NCBI GenBank assembly: GCA_976226885.1
Contig: OZ320315.1
Span: 59,892,001-59,956,000, forward strand
Length of the DNA stretch: 64,000 bases
Direction: 5' to 3'
Source: Iphione sp. A-MEVVRFRX5
Lineage: Eukaryota
The position numbers and the translations under genes are program-made. Below, one piece after another: positions 14,478 through 28,900 of the stretch. Position 1 is the first letter of the stretch, and each line of letters begins with the position of its first letter. The notes below the pieces were generated by a model that made no database searches, had not been told where the DNA came from, and was given only the letters and a program-made list of their open reading frames with translations.

Positions 14478-16027
14478 TTATATTCCTGACCCGTTCACCC
14501 TTTCGTCCACTCTTACTCTATCACAGTCAGTCACCATTGATTAAAGAGGATCCCACTTCGCCTGACGGTTGGCATGGCATTAGCCAAAAGGCTGCGGCCC
14601 TCAAAACCGTTCAGTGGGCTTACTATGGACAGCCTTATGTCTCCTTTACATCTCCCCTGTGCACCACTTGGGCAGAGATCATGTTCGGCTTGCGGCAATC
14701 GTGAGGCCGGTTTAAGCTCATATAACAGGCCATCATAATGAACACAAGCCTCTCCTATTCCCCACGTCATCGCCCAAACTGGCGCCCTCGTCGTCGCCGA
14801 GACACCAGTATCTGCGGCTATAGTGCTGCGGTCTTGATTGGGCCATTAATTATGGATGCGTGTCCTGGCCGCTTGGTGGCGTTAACGAGTGGTTACGGCC
14901 AATCAAAGGCCACAATGGAGCGGTGCCCATAGCCCTCTAACGACTCCGGCGACCGATCAGATGACCTTTGAATAATTCACCATAGACTCCCATCGCCTTG
15001 GGTTAATTGCTGTTCTTCCCTGGGTGATACGGATGCCTGGTGTTTGGACAACTCGGGAAGGTAGGCTGCCGGCTGCCACGCCACGACACGCCCCGTCTAC
15101 ACGACCGGGGGCGACCAACACAAATAACTGGGCAGCTCGTGTTGAATTCCCGCAACCGGCTCTGCTCCTGTTACCTGTCTAGTGGGGTTTCTCGCCACGC
15201 GTAACGTAACTGAGCGAAATATACCACTCCACTACTTCAAAAAGAGTGCAGCTTGTCAATAAATAATCGCTTGTATGACACGCACTCTAGGCATGGCTGG
15301 ATAGAGAAGGGAAGTAGGAAGAAAGAGAGGTAGAACGGGAGGGAAGTAGACGCATGGACATTACCTTAAGGGAGCCAATGACAAAGAGTGAGCATGACGA
15401 GGAGAAAAAGAGGGTGAGCGATACCTCGTAGGGCAAGTCCATTAGTTCAGTAAAAGGCAGCTAAGAATAGTCAGTGGATAGCATTAAACGGTGTTAAAAC
15501 ATTGCAGTGCACCCAAGCGTTATTTCTCGAAGAAAAGAATACAGCCTCCATTAGATGGGATATCAAAGTATGAATGATTAATTGGTTGCAAAGGCGATGT
15601 CTTAGGAATAGACAGTAAATAATACCCGACTTTTCAAGCGTTCATTTGTCACTGAAACCTGTTCACAATTGCCACGGCCGGATTCACGTTAGAACGCGGT
15701 GGGCTTCTTGGTGTTGAGATTATTGCCTTCGGCTAAGCACTCGTAATATTGCGCCCTCTGTACGTGTGGGTATTGTAGATCTGTGCCTGGAACGATTACT
15801 TTACATAATGAAGTACAAGGAGATAATTGGTTGCGCAAACGTCAGTCATCGCATGTTCCGTGTGGGTTTTGTTTGGTCATTCTCGTCAGTCCATTCTAGA
15901 GCCCTCAGTTCAAGGAGCACCCTTAGTAACATTACTCGAACATTGTTATTAAATAAGGGAGCTACTGACCCAGGGTAACAGTCAAAATATTGGTTTTATT
16001 GGCACATTTCTAAGAGAGCAGCTAACT

Positions 16028-16075
16028 GAATCACAAGCATTCGGAACGGTATTGCTCCTTCATCAGGTGAAGTTC
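16028..16075 (-). ncRNA. Minimal type I hammerhead ribozyme, Penelope terminal-repeat type, with one core substitution
   Basis: Minus strand reads gaacttcac-CTGATGA-a-GGAGC-aatacc-GTTCC-GAAT-GC-TT-gtgattc. Stem I tcac/gtga, 5-bp stem II, GAAA changed to GAAT. AATAAA follows ~30 nt downstream (revcomp of tttatt near 15995). Confidence 0.7.
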
Positions 16076-19000
16076 AAAATTCGTATTAACCCTAGGATAA
16101 ATTCAATGTATGTGACACATTATTTTGATGTCTGGCTATTATGACCACGCGATGAACACTTTACTATGGGTGTTCTCGTTCGTTTCAAAGAAAAGCTTGA
16201 TTTTTACTTTACCAGTTACTCAAGAAGACTAAGTTGATCATTTCAGTAGATTGACGCTCTGAATACACAGTTTACTCAAGAAGATAAATATAGCCTGAAA
16301 TGGAGACGGACGTCGGCTCGCAGGCCTGTTTGCTGCCAGTGACTTCTGTTTTCAGCCTCACATTCAGCTCCAAACGCCCTTCGGGCGGAATGTGTCGTGA
16401 AAAGCGGTCTTGCAATCGCACGGAAGCGCAGAGAGGAAGAGTGCCGGCGGCCACTGCCACCATTAGAACTACTAACCATTAATAAAACTGCTCCCCAGGC
16501 AGTCAGTTGGAGGTATCACATCGACATCTATATCAAATAACTAACAAAGTAGAATACCATTATATGGCAATGCCGGCCATTACTTTAAAAGTAAAGGGAT
16601 ACTTGTGTTAGAAAGTCTGTTCTAGGAAAACAAAAAAAGAATCCACCTAGTGGTTAAATGTGTAACCTATTGTACACTCTTGATCTGTCAGTTCCATACG
16701 TAACCAACACCAATACCACGCTGAATATGCGATCATTCGGTCAAACAAAAGTTGGTTGCACAAGATAACCATTTATTTAGAGGATAGATTTACTTATAAG
16801 GTTCAAATTTTGTGTGACCGCTGGGGAGGGGTGGTCATTATAATTTAATTATTTATTCCGTCAGTCAAATCGGGTAAACGGACCATCATTACTAAGGATG
16901 TCACGTCAAGGTGGGAACGTCAGACACTTCAGTTGGTCCTATTTGCACGACGCGTACAGAGCTCAATGGGTGTACATGTTGTTGGACACATCCCTTTAGA
17001 ATGCATCAAGAATAGTGGTGAAAATTGCAGAGCTCCACAATGCCGTCGCACGAATACCGGTCCCTGTCACAATACCCATAGTTCTCACCTTAACCCTCAA
17101 AAGCTGCCATTGCTTCATTCACCTGGCCACCCATGAGGGGTTGCACATACTCCATCGGAAGGCAGCGCAATAACTGTAGGCAATGAGCCCGCCCAGTAAT
17201 CAGTCGCGAGGCCAGCCTTCCTCACAGGCACATTCACCTTCTGCTCCCCTGGTATTCTTGCCGCCGGAAGTGTGTATACAAGGGCGCTGGGGGAGAAGAT
17301 TCGGTGGCGGAGGTGAGTTGTCAGCGGTGATCAGCACCTCCAAGGCCTGGCCTGGATGGAGGGTCTATCTCACACCACACGTCATGCGAGCCCCCTCCAC
17401 GACGGCTTTTGTATATCGAGCGGACACCCGACATAACCGTAGATCGAAGAAGCATACCGCAGGCGAGGTGCTCCTTCTGCTCTGTTGGGCCTGGAAGAGA
17501 GTGCCTTAGGGAGATGGTGACAGTGATAACGGCTAGGGAGGGGTATGGGGAGGGTGTTAGCAGCAAGGAGCGACTCCTCGGGCGCTGTATGGGCTACAAG
17601 TAGGAGCAGACACGCTGGGCCACAGGCCAAGAAAAGGTCGGGGTTGGCTACTGTGTCCCAGCTCTACGCCATGTGGTTGCTTTCTTTCGGATTCCTTCTG
17701 TATCGAGTCAACCTGTACAAGAAGAATTCCCGCCCTCGAACAGATGATGCACTGTCACTGAGACCAAAGAAACGTCAGAGGTCGTGGTGATGCTACTAGC
17801 GGCTCGAATGTTAGGGGTTGTAGTTCGTAATATTAGTGGAGAAGACCTATCTTGTACAAGCAAAACAAGTAGCATGATAGATGTTGCAAATATATCCACT
17901 AGTAGCACGTGCTAGTATCAGGTAACAAAGTGGGCTTTCCTAGATGGTGACTATACCGATCTGTATCTATATACATGAATATATACACATATGCATATTG
18001 ATGTGTATACAAATGTGTGTATATGTATCATTTATGTATGCACAGTCAGCCCACGCGTGCAGAATTACTTGGGCCATTACAGAATTTTCTTCATACCAGA
18101 ATACATTTAGAGGGAATCGATCTGTTATGTACCATACATGACTTAGTAACAGTTCATGCTTGGAAGTGTAGTCACTACGTACAAGTTCAAAGCTGCTAGT
18201 CACCTTTGAAAAGATCATCAAAGAAAGGCAACCACTGATGTGAGTAGAACACGAAGCATTATGAAAACACATGCCACATTGAGGATGGGCTGGTGTCATC
18301 AACATGTATGGACCACATTTTATCATTCCTTCTTACACCTAAGCTGTATTATGTCTTTGATGATTGTTTTTAATCCGTGCGTGTTATCCTTTAATCGTAA
18401 GCATGTCTGAAGAAAAGTGCTCGTTGTCCGAGCTGATTTGTCGGTCAGTAGAATTTCATCGTAAAAATCCTCAGTACGTGACAATCCTCAGTACGAAACA
18501 GACGAGAATCGAGCATGAGCAGAAGACAATACGATTTGGTTAAGCGAAACCTGCCATTACCAATGGTGAGTTGATACGGAGTTCCATTGTCCATCAGGGT
18601 GTTCCTATGAATTGTTGCTAGTGGCGCAAGGCAAACTGTCCATTGATGCCAAGCAAGTTAAATCTAGAATCAAAACGCTTTGGTTGTACGAGGTCAAAAT
18701 TGGACGGGCACTAGTATATGATGTTTCAATGCAGAGAGCCAAGTTCTGTTGTCAGCAGATGGAATCGAAAGATTTTACTATAACAAGGTCTGGCTACATA
18801 CTTTGATAGAGAGGCAAGGACTCTAGGCTTTCAGGGCTCACAGCCAGGCAACCTGAGGGCATCTAACTCTGGCTGCCAATGACCAAGGTGATGTCCAGTC
18901 ATTACTACAACAATGTGACCAGAGAATGTCTATACCATTGATGAAACTGAATTATCCTAGCACCTGAAGTCGTCACCCGGTCGAGAAACGAGGGTAATTC

Positions 19001-19769
19001 GTAGTGAGAAGCGATCTGCCGTGTGCTACAACTTGACTGCAGGTTCACACTGCGTTCGGCTCTTTGTGGGGCAGACCTCCGGGCTTTGCTGAAGAGACGG
19101 TCCACTTATGGATTTGGATCCACATTACAGCCAACAGATGGGCTCAGATGATATCAAGAACCTTGTTTAAGTTCGTAACACTCCTGAACACATGATGCAG
19201 AAACCACTAGAAACATTATGCTCTGCTGTTTGACAACAAAGTAAACGACAACTCAAACGTACAATACCCAAACATTTTCATCCACCACCTCCCTGCTAAT
19301 GCAACCAGTCATTGCTGCTGGGATCATAGCCAATTTTAAGACAAAAGAATACAGAAACACGCTTGTTAAGCATGTCTTTGGATATGTAGGTAGGATCAGC
19401 CACTTACCTTCAATATCAGAAGAGCAACCCAGATGAGTGACAATCCCTACATTGTGTGCTGAGGAGAATCCCAGACAAAACCGCCCCACACGTATTACCC
19501 GTAGGAGGAGATCAGAACACTTGAAACTTGAGATCATGCCAATGATCATCTGAGAGACCAGTGCATCTTGGAGGTGGTTATACAGTCCGGCACAGAGAAG
19601 GATGAAAATACGGAATAGAGAGTCTCATGATGTTGGGTGGCAAGCTTTTGAGAAAAGCAATGTGGCCAAAACAGTTTGGCATTGAATAATGATTTCATCA
19701 TTGTTTTACGACTCCAGTGTCGATTCATGTAGTGTATTGTTTAGATATATCTTTCAAACTCTAGCGCAG

Positions 19770-20050
19770 GTCTGGGTAGCATACGAAGATGCATAGCCGT
19801 CATGTACATGTACAGGCTAAGAGAGCTGCACTAAGAGGTGTGGCTACATGTGCCTAAATTGTAGAACCAGTCTGGGTAGGATATGAAGATGGCTGGCCAT
19901 TCTGTACAGGTTATGGGAATAGCACTAGCATGTATTTGATAGACAAGTAAACCCTGCAGTTGGCCTGGGTAGGATATGAAGATAGCGTGTCTATTATACG
20001 TGTATATAATTTATAGAATTACACTAGAATGTAGATGAGTCCCTGTGTAG
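19770..20050. repeat. Diverged tandem repeat, three ~95-bp units with a conserved ~20-bp head
   Basis: (t/c)ctgggtag(c/g)ata(c/t)gaagat at 19771, 19871 and 19964; the sequences in between are weakly similar. Confidence 0.7.
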
Positions 20051-20904
20051 TTGTCGAGATTTTAAGCACACCCAGGTTTGGATTGTGTCTACCACTGCCC
20101 GTGTTGCGCTGACCACAAAACCATAGCCATACAGACAACTTTCTGGATATGCATTTTGTGGTTACGCAGGGAGGTAGCAAAGGAAACGAAAGCCGGCGCC
20201 CATAGGCTTTCGGCCGACACTTCTAGAGGCCTGTCGCGTCCTGAGCTGTTAATCCCTCCCTCTCGGCCGTCAGGAGCCATTGATGACCATCCTGGTGGAA
20301 GGGATCCGGCCCTTTGAATGTATTATTGAGGATTGCATGCCTCCTGTTACTACCACCACCACACTATTTCCTCCACCTCCTCCTCACTTTGGCCCCCTCC
20401 TTTTGCCGCCACAATCTTTGCTACTACTGAGAATTAATTTGTGCTGTGAGCAGTGCGGCGGCGACTCGTTACGACTGCCGCTTATCGCCCTTCGCTGCGC
20501 TCCCCTGCCGCCCGTCGCCCTACTTCTTATTACATCTCCACTGTTGTGATTAACCGTGCAGTGTTTTTGCCCTGCATGGTCCGTATTTCCAGCCTGGCCA
20601 CTGCGGGGCTGTGATAATAACGAGACGGCGCGATGTGCGACTGTGAAACGACCACACGGCAGGGTCCACCACCCACGCCACACATGCACAGACCGTCTTC
20701 CGGTACTGCTACGCCATCTGGTGATCTTGTTGCGCAGCATTTACCCCCCATGGTTTTGTAATCATGAGGAAGACGTGGGCGTCGTTAACTATGGATGTCG
20801 ATACCTGGAAAGAGGAACATTCCAATGGGCACCCTAGCATAGGAGGAAAGGTACATTAGCTGGAATTAAGGGGGTATAAAGAAACACCAGAGAGAATAGC
20901 AGAG

Positions 20905-20908
20905 GGAG

Positions 20909-20983
<75 letters not shown>

Positions 20984-21110
20984 GGCACAGACACAGACAG
21001 CGATAGAGAAACAGAGAGACTGACACACAACAGATAGATACGGACAGATAAGACACGCAAAGAAAAAACTCCGACAATTCAATACGTGTACTGAGACAGA
21101 GACAGAACAA
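20905..21110. repeat. Compound (GA)n/(GACA)n microsatellite
   Basis: Direct reading. Confidence 0.95.
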
Positions 21111-24100
21111 GAGACGAGCATTAGGCGCGTTGTCAGAAGCATGATAGTTACGAAATAAGTTGAGACAGAAACAAATTACTCGGAAAGTGAGGTGAGAAGC
21201 AGAAAAAGACGAACGGACAGATGGATATTACACACAGGCAGACATACGTAGTCCGAGGCCGGCTCAATAAGGGAATGAGAATGGAAGAATTAGAAATAGA
21301 GTTAGGGTGAGATGGAGCGAGAGTCCCGATGGAGCCCCTCACACGCTTCCCCTTATCCTGGCGGCTGTAAAAAATAATTGGCTGGTAGCATGGACCTGAA
21401 TGAAATCGTGCCCGCCAAATGAAAGAGCGAAATTCAGTTACACTGTTGATGAAAGCCAGACCAGTAACAGTGTTGTTAGTTTGGGGCCTTCTCGTAAGCG
21501 GAACCAGACGCCATATCCTTTCTATTGTACCTTTTCTCTATGCCATTTGTGTTATATCCCTAACATACGTAAATCAGAAGGGGACGTGGCTAGATCATTC
21601 CTTCATGAAAAATTCCTCTAACATACGTGTAACTCTACTCCTATAATGCTGTGTTTATTTTTTTCTATGGAAAAGCGGTATACCAAGACACTAGGTATGT
21701 GTATTGGCGCGAAATGCCTGGATATTATTGAATTCCTACTCGACAAAGCGGCTTGGCTTGTAAAATTTGATTACGCTCGCTGGTATCTAGCAAAGCCAGC
21801 AGACGGAGTCAAGGACCAATCAATAAGTTTGCGGTGATGACACAAATCTTACCACTGCCTACGTCCTCTTCTAACACAATGTTCCTCCTTCTATACAAGG
21901 AATGAGGATCTTCTGGACGATTTCCTTTTTTGTCTTTCATCAAGAATGCCTAGGGATGAATGCTCTTTATTTGACTCTCCTTTTAGACACGGTCCAATAC
22001 TTTGTTTGGTATGTTCAGTCTGTGGTGTAATGGTCGCGGAAAGGGCCCCAGCCTCCTCCTCAAACTGCCTGTTGCGCTGCCCTTGCCGCACATCAACGGT
22101 GACCCGTCGCCTGGTCGCAGTCTCGGTCGATCTGTCCGTGCGGGATCGTGACGACCTTCTCAACAGCCCCACTGGTACCGGGGTTTAAAGGCCGCGGGCA
22201 ATGAAGTGGGGTCGGGGTGGGGGGTTAGCGGTGATCAGGGAGTTTACGGAGAGGGAGATTGACACTCGGTTCTGTAACCAGGCGTTTAGGTCAGGCTCGA
22301 ACCAAGGTAGTTTTTCTTCCCACCATCCCCTCACCCGGCCCCCCCGCCCATCAGAATACGGCCTTGGTTAACATACTAACCGGGGTCCTATACCGAGCAC
22401 GTATCCACTCGTGGTGAGTAGCTCGCTGAGTAGGACCCTTTAGCATCCGCTCTGTACACCAAATGCAATACCACAGGTCGTGTGTATTGTCCCGGCAGAG
22501 ACGTCTCCTGGCAGACCCCAGGTTTATAGCTCAACACTTCGACCATCCATAAAACAGCGCCAGTATGAAGGCATGGTGGTATTGCTCGCGAGTTGCTCGT
22601 TGATAGTAATCCATCATAGAGTTTCAATATAAAGGGCATTAATAAGTCTGTGCTGGAGCAATCATTTTAAATGTTTCCTCCTGAATTATAGATCGTCCCC
22701 ACAAGATGACTGCATGGCTCCCATTTGGGTTTATCACCGTTAATTGCGCTTAATTTTTATTTAAGCCATTGTTTGGCTTTGTTTGTTGCATTGTTGGTTA
22801 TGTGCTTTCAGGACAAGAAAATGGATTTCGATCAATCACCGTCCTTAAAAGCCTTTTTGCATATGCTGTGGCAACATCCTTCACGTCCCTTACTTGGCAT
22901 AATAAGTGATGGGCATGAGAAACAATACTAAAACAAGGCCGTAAAATAATGACAAGCAGTGTGATTATTCTTCCTATATTGTCCGTGAAACATGGTACAT
23001 TCCCTGCAAATTTCTTTAATATAATAGATCCTGCCGCGATGGATTTTCCTGCAGATATTTATTGCTAGGTACATAAATTTCTACGGACAAACATATTTTG
23101 CAGATGCACCTGCTTGCAGAATTTAATCGCTTTTGTCAGTTTCAAAATTTGCAATGGTTTGTTTTATAAAGTTCCTTCTGTGTATGTATATGTAGTTAAT
23201 TTGTGCACACACGTCTAATGATTTTCGAACAGAACTGATGCATGGCAGCAGGGCATAATTCACATGCGTATACATAATAGAGTACCGATATCTCGAGATT
23301 AGCATGGGACATTAAAGTGAGTTTGGAGAATGAAGTTAAGTAATGACAATTTTACCTATTCAGTGTACCTATCAGCATAAGAAGGGGATGGATACGATAT
23401 TGTTGCTATGAAAAGAATATGGAAAACGCATGAAAATACCTAGTCATTTAGTTTTATTCTTCATTGTTATCAGACAAACTCCTTTGAATGTCGTTCTTGA
23501 AACTGAAATATTCGCCGCTCCCCAACATAACTTTTAGGGCCTGGCTCTGTTTGCCTTCAAGAACAGCCGAGATTAATGCTGCTACATGGCCGTCAGATAA
23601 ATCATGATCAGACATGGGCGAGGGAAGCTCGAACCTTTGTATGCTTTCATGGCGCACGCGCCGCGCACACTATTGGCAGGCCATGGGGCTTTTCCATTAG
23701 GCGAAACAAAGTGCGGTGCTGAAAAGAACATTTTTAATTTGTCTAAAACTCCTGACGAACTGAATGGATTTCCTGTGAATCAATTTCGTGGAGGAGAACA
23801 GTTATCATGACCTTGATGTTCTGTTCTGGTACGGGATTGGTGTGCTTTGTCTTGCATTAAACGATAATGAAGGTGGTCTGTTTTTCTCCGACGTGAAAAG
23901 TAGCGCCTTGTTTTTCGCCTTAATTGAGATCGCTACTTTCCTCAGAACCTCCCGCCATCAAAATCGTCGGCTTTGAATGGAGAATGGAGCGATTGATTCC
24001 CATTGCTCCACGTTTCATTTGAATGCTGAGCCGCATGTGATTTTACTCGATTTTAGGGATAGACGGCTTCCTCGGGAGTTTGAGACGCTAGGCTAGGACA

Positions 24101-25951
24101 AGTGGGATACAGCGAGAGACAGATCCGTTATCGATGGCGGTCATGGATTAAGTTCACCTGCACGCTTAATACCTTGCTGCCACTAGAAGCGCCTGTCTCC
24201 GTCACCCTCTGTCCATATTGTTTCAGGCCGTATGCATGGCTTCCGAGAGGCGTTTCGGCGTGGTTTCATGCCGACATTTCGCCCGGCGGTGGCTTCCTTT
24301 CCGAATTAGCTGCGGTAATTTGGCGCCTTCTGTTCACTGCTGCCCCTCACACTGTTGCTCGGCGCGCGTGCGCCTTGCTTTCCCGGGGCAATGCACTCGG
24401 GATGCGGGGGGGAATTTGGCTGTTTACCCCTGAAATCCTCCTCGCTTTTCGCAACGTGGCTTCCAGCGCCCGCCAGCGCCGCCGGCTTAGGCATGTGAAG
24501 GACTTATTCATGTTGCTAGCAGTGTGAGCCATCCTTGGGCTGAAATGGCTATCAATTCTCCCCTTGCCATAATTGCCTTCTCCCAAGACCACACTCTGTT
24601 TCACTTAGACTTCATTTCCTAGAGCTCTCCAAAGAATACCTGTCCAAATGAAAGCGCTTTGAAGTGCTTGCCAGAGCCATTTGCTTGGCGCAGCGCATTA
24701 TCATTCGTGTTGCTATTTGGAGAGCAGTGGCAGCGCTGATAGGCCATTATATTGGCGACATTCTGCCCGTGTATTACATTAAAGGCCCACGGTAATAATG
24801 TAGGACACAATGAAAATATTGCGCAATTGCCTCTGGCCGTGCGGATACAGGGGTTATTTTTATCGGGAGTCTTGCAGAACGGTACTCTGTCGGTATCAGT
24901 GCAATTTCGGTGATCGCTCCTATTTTCCAGACAAATAGGTTTCAGTGGGTAGAGAAAATTGGCAAGAGCATTAAAAAGTAGATGAAGATATCTGGATAAA
25001 AAAAATCGTATCAAAGTGAACTTCACAGGAATGTGATGGGTGTGTTCCTTTTTCGTTTGGAGATGAGGGTGTGGTAGAGCGGTGTAGGGGCATGGGGCCA
25101 TGGTTTGCGAGAGGCTTTTGGTGATGGACAGCTTGATCCTATCTGCGAGAGAGAGGGAAGATTGCACCGCCACACAGGGAAGCGCAGCCTTAGGGTTGGA
25201 ACGGGGGTAGGCGGGCCGCATCGTGCGGACATCAAACCCAGCGACTCCACGCCTGACGGAGTTGACCAACAAGCCATTATTTCATTGGATTGCGCTTTAA
25301 AAAACCCGCCGTTTCAATCCGATGAGCGGCGGCTGAGTTGGCCGTTTGCGGAGACCGGTGGGACTGGCGGGTGGGCCCGGGAAGCCACTTGATGGGTGGA
25401 AGTCTTTCTGTCGCTCGGGCTCTGAATGGCAGCGTTATTGATGAAAGGGGGTGCTTTTGGAGGCTTTCGGAGAGGAGCTACCAGCCGCCTGACGGCCCAG
25501 GCTGCCTGGGCTTTCATCTGCCTATGCTACCGTTCTGATGCTCTCCCCTCGGTGTGGGCGGTGGGACCATGGGTAACGCGGCGGCGGCGACGGAGGAGGG
25601 GGAGGAGGCGGCGACGGTAGGAGCGATGGTAGTGGGAGAAAATCGACTGAGATGTAATTGAGGGCCCGCGAGTCGTCTGATCTCTTATGCACACCTGGAC
25701 TCTTTGAAGTGCGGAGTACAGTGCTGGCTCCAGGAGGGAGAGGAATGGCTGCCGCACATGTATACTTGTGTCCAATGGATCTACACGGAATCGTGGCTCA
25801 CAGGGGCCTGGTTAGCCTCTCCGGGCCGAGCGTAATGAGGGGTATTAGGCAGCGAATGTAAAGTGCATTTTGTTGCTTGTTTTCGACCCGGTTAACTAAT
25901 TGATCGATGACTGGCGGGCAACATTCGCTGATGAGGTGGGCCCAGGGACGT

Positions 25952-25977
25952 CGGCGGCGGCGGCGGCGGCGGCGGCG
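25952..25977. repeat. (CGG)8 trinucleotide repeat in a GC-rich block
   Basis: Direct reading. Confidence 0.95.
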
Positions 25978-28900
25978 CTGGTGGTGATGGTCCGACCGTC
26001 GGCAGTCTGAATAACTCAGGCACGGACGCGAGCAGGCTAGCCGTCGGGGGCGCTCGTCTTAACACGCCTGTGGCTTTATCTCGCGCTCACCAACACCCAC
26101 CCGAACCGCGGCTATCTCCACTGGTTTTTCTGTGCCCAGATGGTCAGCATAATTGGTCATAGTAATAGTTATTGCTAGCGGGCGACAAGAGATGGTGCCA
26201 ATGGTATAGGAAATTGTTTCGCAGGTGGATAGATGAGCCAGTGTAGAGACAGATTAATTTTCAGGCGGACAGGGACCTACGGGTAAAGCTCTCGGGCTTT
26301 AGGTTGGTTAGGCGAAGAGGTGGAAGGGTGTAACACCCTCCTTCAGATCTACGTGAAACACGCGCCGTTGGGTTTTGAAGTCCGGAGCGCTACTCCTCTC
26401 TCTCCCCGCCCCCCGTTGACCCAGACTCCCCACACGTACTTACGATATCCCCGTCGCCGTTGGCGGCAGCGGCGGCTGGTCGTCATGTCAACAAGTGCGC
26501 ACAGGGCGGATGGCGACTTCCGCTTCCGGCGTCGCACTTCTCGTCACCTCGGTGTCTCAGACCTGGAAGGCTTGGCTTTTATGCATATTCAGGTAGCTCC
26601 ATCCATCATAGCCACCTGCTGAAGCAGCGTGCCACGTTTTTAGCGGCCCGGAGTCAGGAGTTCCACGATGGGCTGCTTGTCAGCGAAAAAAAATAACAGC
26701 AGCCCATTTTAAGCTGCTGTCTTTCTTGCCTCTTGCGTGTTCTCTCTTTGTCAGACATGGCAGAAGGGAGTACCGAAGAAAGAACAGAAATGAGCTAGAC
26801 AGGGGAGGAAATGAAGCAGAACTGTAATGAGCACTGGCGTGGAACAAAAGGAAAAATCAAAGAAAGGCAAACCTGGTCTCCGTCGATTGGCACGTGCAAG
26901 TTTGGCTCCGGTCTGATGCTGAGGGAAGCATTGATCCCTTGTGGGCCATTGGTGCCAGGTGCGACTCAAAGGTACTGCCATAACTCACATCCTCTCTGCA
27001 GACGTGCCCCTTTTTATTCTCTTGCAGTGACCCACCCGCGTGTCCAGTAGACTTCATTGTTGTGGAAATGAGGTCGCCTCTTCACTCTCCTCTTTACTTT
27101 CCTTTAACTCTCGACGTCGCTATCGTGGACAATTTCCGTTTGCTCTTCCTACTCGCAGCTTTGAAACATGAATGTGTCCTGGACTTCCCCGTCCAAATAA
27201 CCGTCTCTTTCATTCTGTCCATTGCTATTCGTATCTCTCGGGGAATTTCTATCCACATCTGGAATTTCTCCTACCTCTTTATTTATAAAAAAAATAGTAC
27301 CTGACATTGATATACCAGGTTTATATTTGTCTACCCTCCTGTTACAGAGGTTTTGAGATGATAAAATCAGTTATCATATTTTATTTTAGATTCTAACATA
27401 AACTAGATAGCTAAAAATGGATTTATATGGTCGTGATGCATTATACTTTACTGTAATATACTTGGAATACCTTGACTAAAGATATTAATTTGTACCCAAA
27501 ATATATTCAAGAAATGTCTGAAGAAACAACTACTAATCAAGGTAAATGGTGAAAACTGGAGAGTCCCAAGAAATGATTAAATATGTCAACTGTACGTTTT
27601 GTATACTAAGTTGTATATTGAACAACCTCGCATACCGATATAATGTAACATGTAACATTTGAAATGCTTCATTATCAACTTTTCTATATATTGATTATAT
27701 GTATATCATCTTTACATACTAATTCATCAAGTAAAGTGTATAGAGTTATACCCTGGTACCTGGAATAATAAAAGTCTCTCAAAAAACAGTTCCTGGAGAA
27801 AATATATCAAACAACTGGCAATAATTTCTCCATACCTACTGCAGTAGCGACTTATCGCTTATAGAATCTACTCTTGTTCTCACCGACTGTCACGTAGTCA
27901 GGTAAACATTGCAGATCAGCTGTTAAAGCCACATCCACTTGGCTTTCCACCTCATATTCCGGAGCCGTCTTCTTCCATTTAGTGTCCTCTGCCCCAACGT
28001 GTCCTTCATGCTACTGTATGACCCTCTTTGGCATAGATCACCATATGAAACTCCAGTCATCCGTTTTAATCAGCCATCGATACGCCAGCGTTCCTCCCTG
28101 AGGCTCCCTCATCCAGGTGCAGGATCATGAGCCTATGCGGCGATCGTTTTACCCTTATCGGCCCATCTTCCGCCTGGTTAAATCCCACATCTCCGATTTC
28201 CTTACTCTATCTGCGGACTAACCATCAATTTGTAAGAATCCGCTTCAATTACGTATCTAGCATATGAAGAGCATCTGCACCTCTCGACACGCGCCTAATG
28301 CTTCGTCAGCGATGGTCGCCCTTCCACCATCATAACATCTCTACATTAAACCATTTGTCAACGATCATTTCCAATCCCTCGCCAGCATATACTAGTGCCA
28401 TCCCGACCTCTTTCCTACACGCTGCCCCATTTGTTCACGATCGCTCCCAATCCATCGCAAATGCATCAGGGTCGGTCCCCAGGCCCATCTTGGGCTGGTG
28501 TATGGGGATCGACTGGGGTCGGCGTGCCTAACCTGATCACGCGTCCTACTATCTCAGACGCCTGTTTCGCAAGCCGCACAGGCCAGTGGAGGGCGATTGG
28601 CCCTTACAGATACACACCGAGCCCTTTGTCCCTTGCCTCAACTCCAATCTATAGATGTAGTAACCTATCTAGCCTCGGCGCCACTCTCCTGACCAGAACA
28701 TACCTACACGTATGCAGGCATGGCAGACCGTACACGCACACGCACACGCGCACATACACACAAAACTACACACATTCGCATCTTTGCATTCATAGAATCT
28801 TCTTTTTCACTCACATCTCCTCTTCACCAAAAAAGACCATATTTACAGACCACATCCACGTGATCAGGCATGCTGCACGTACGCACAAAAAAACACACAC

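Noticed and set aside
19770-19985. CRISPR-like pattern of short repeats with spacers
   Set aside because: Eukaryotic context, no cas genes, only three units, and spacers resemble each other
24619-25272. 217-aa minus-strand ORF
   Set aside because: No motif, domain-like composition or splice support
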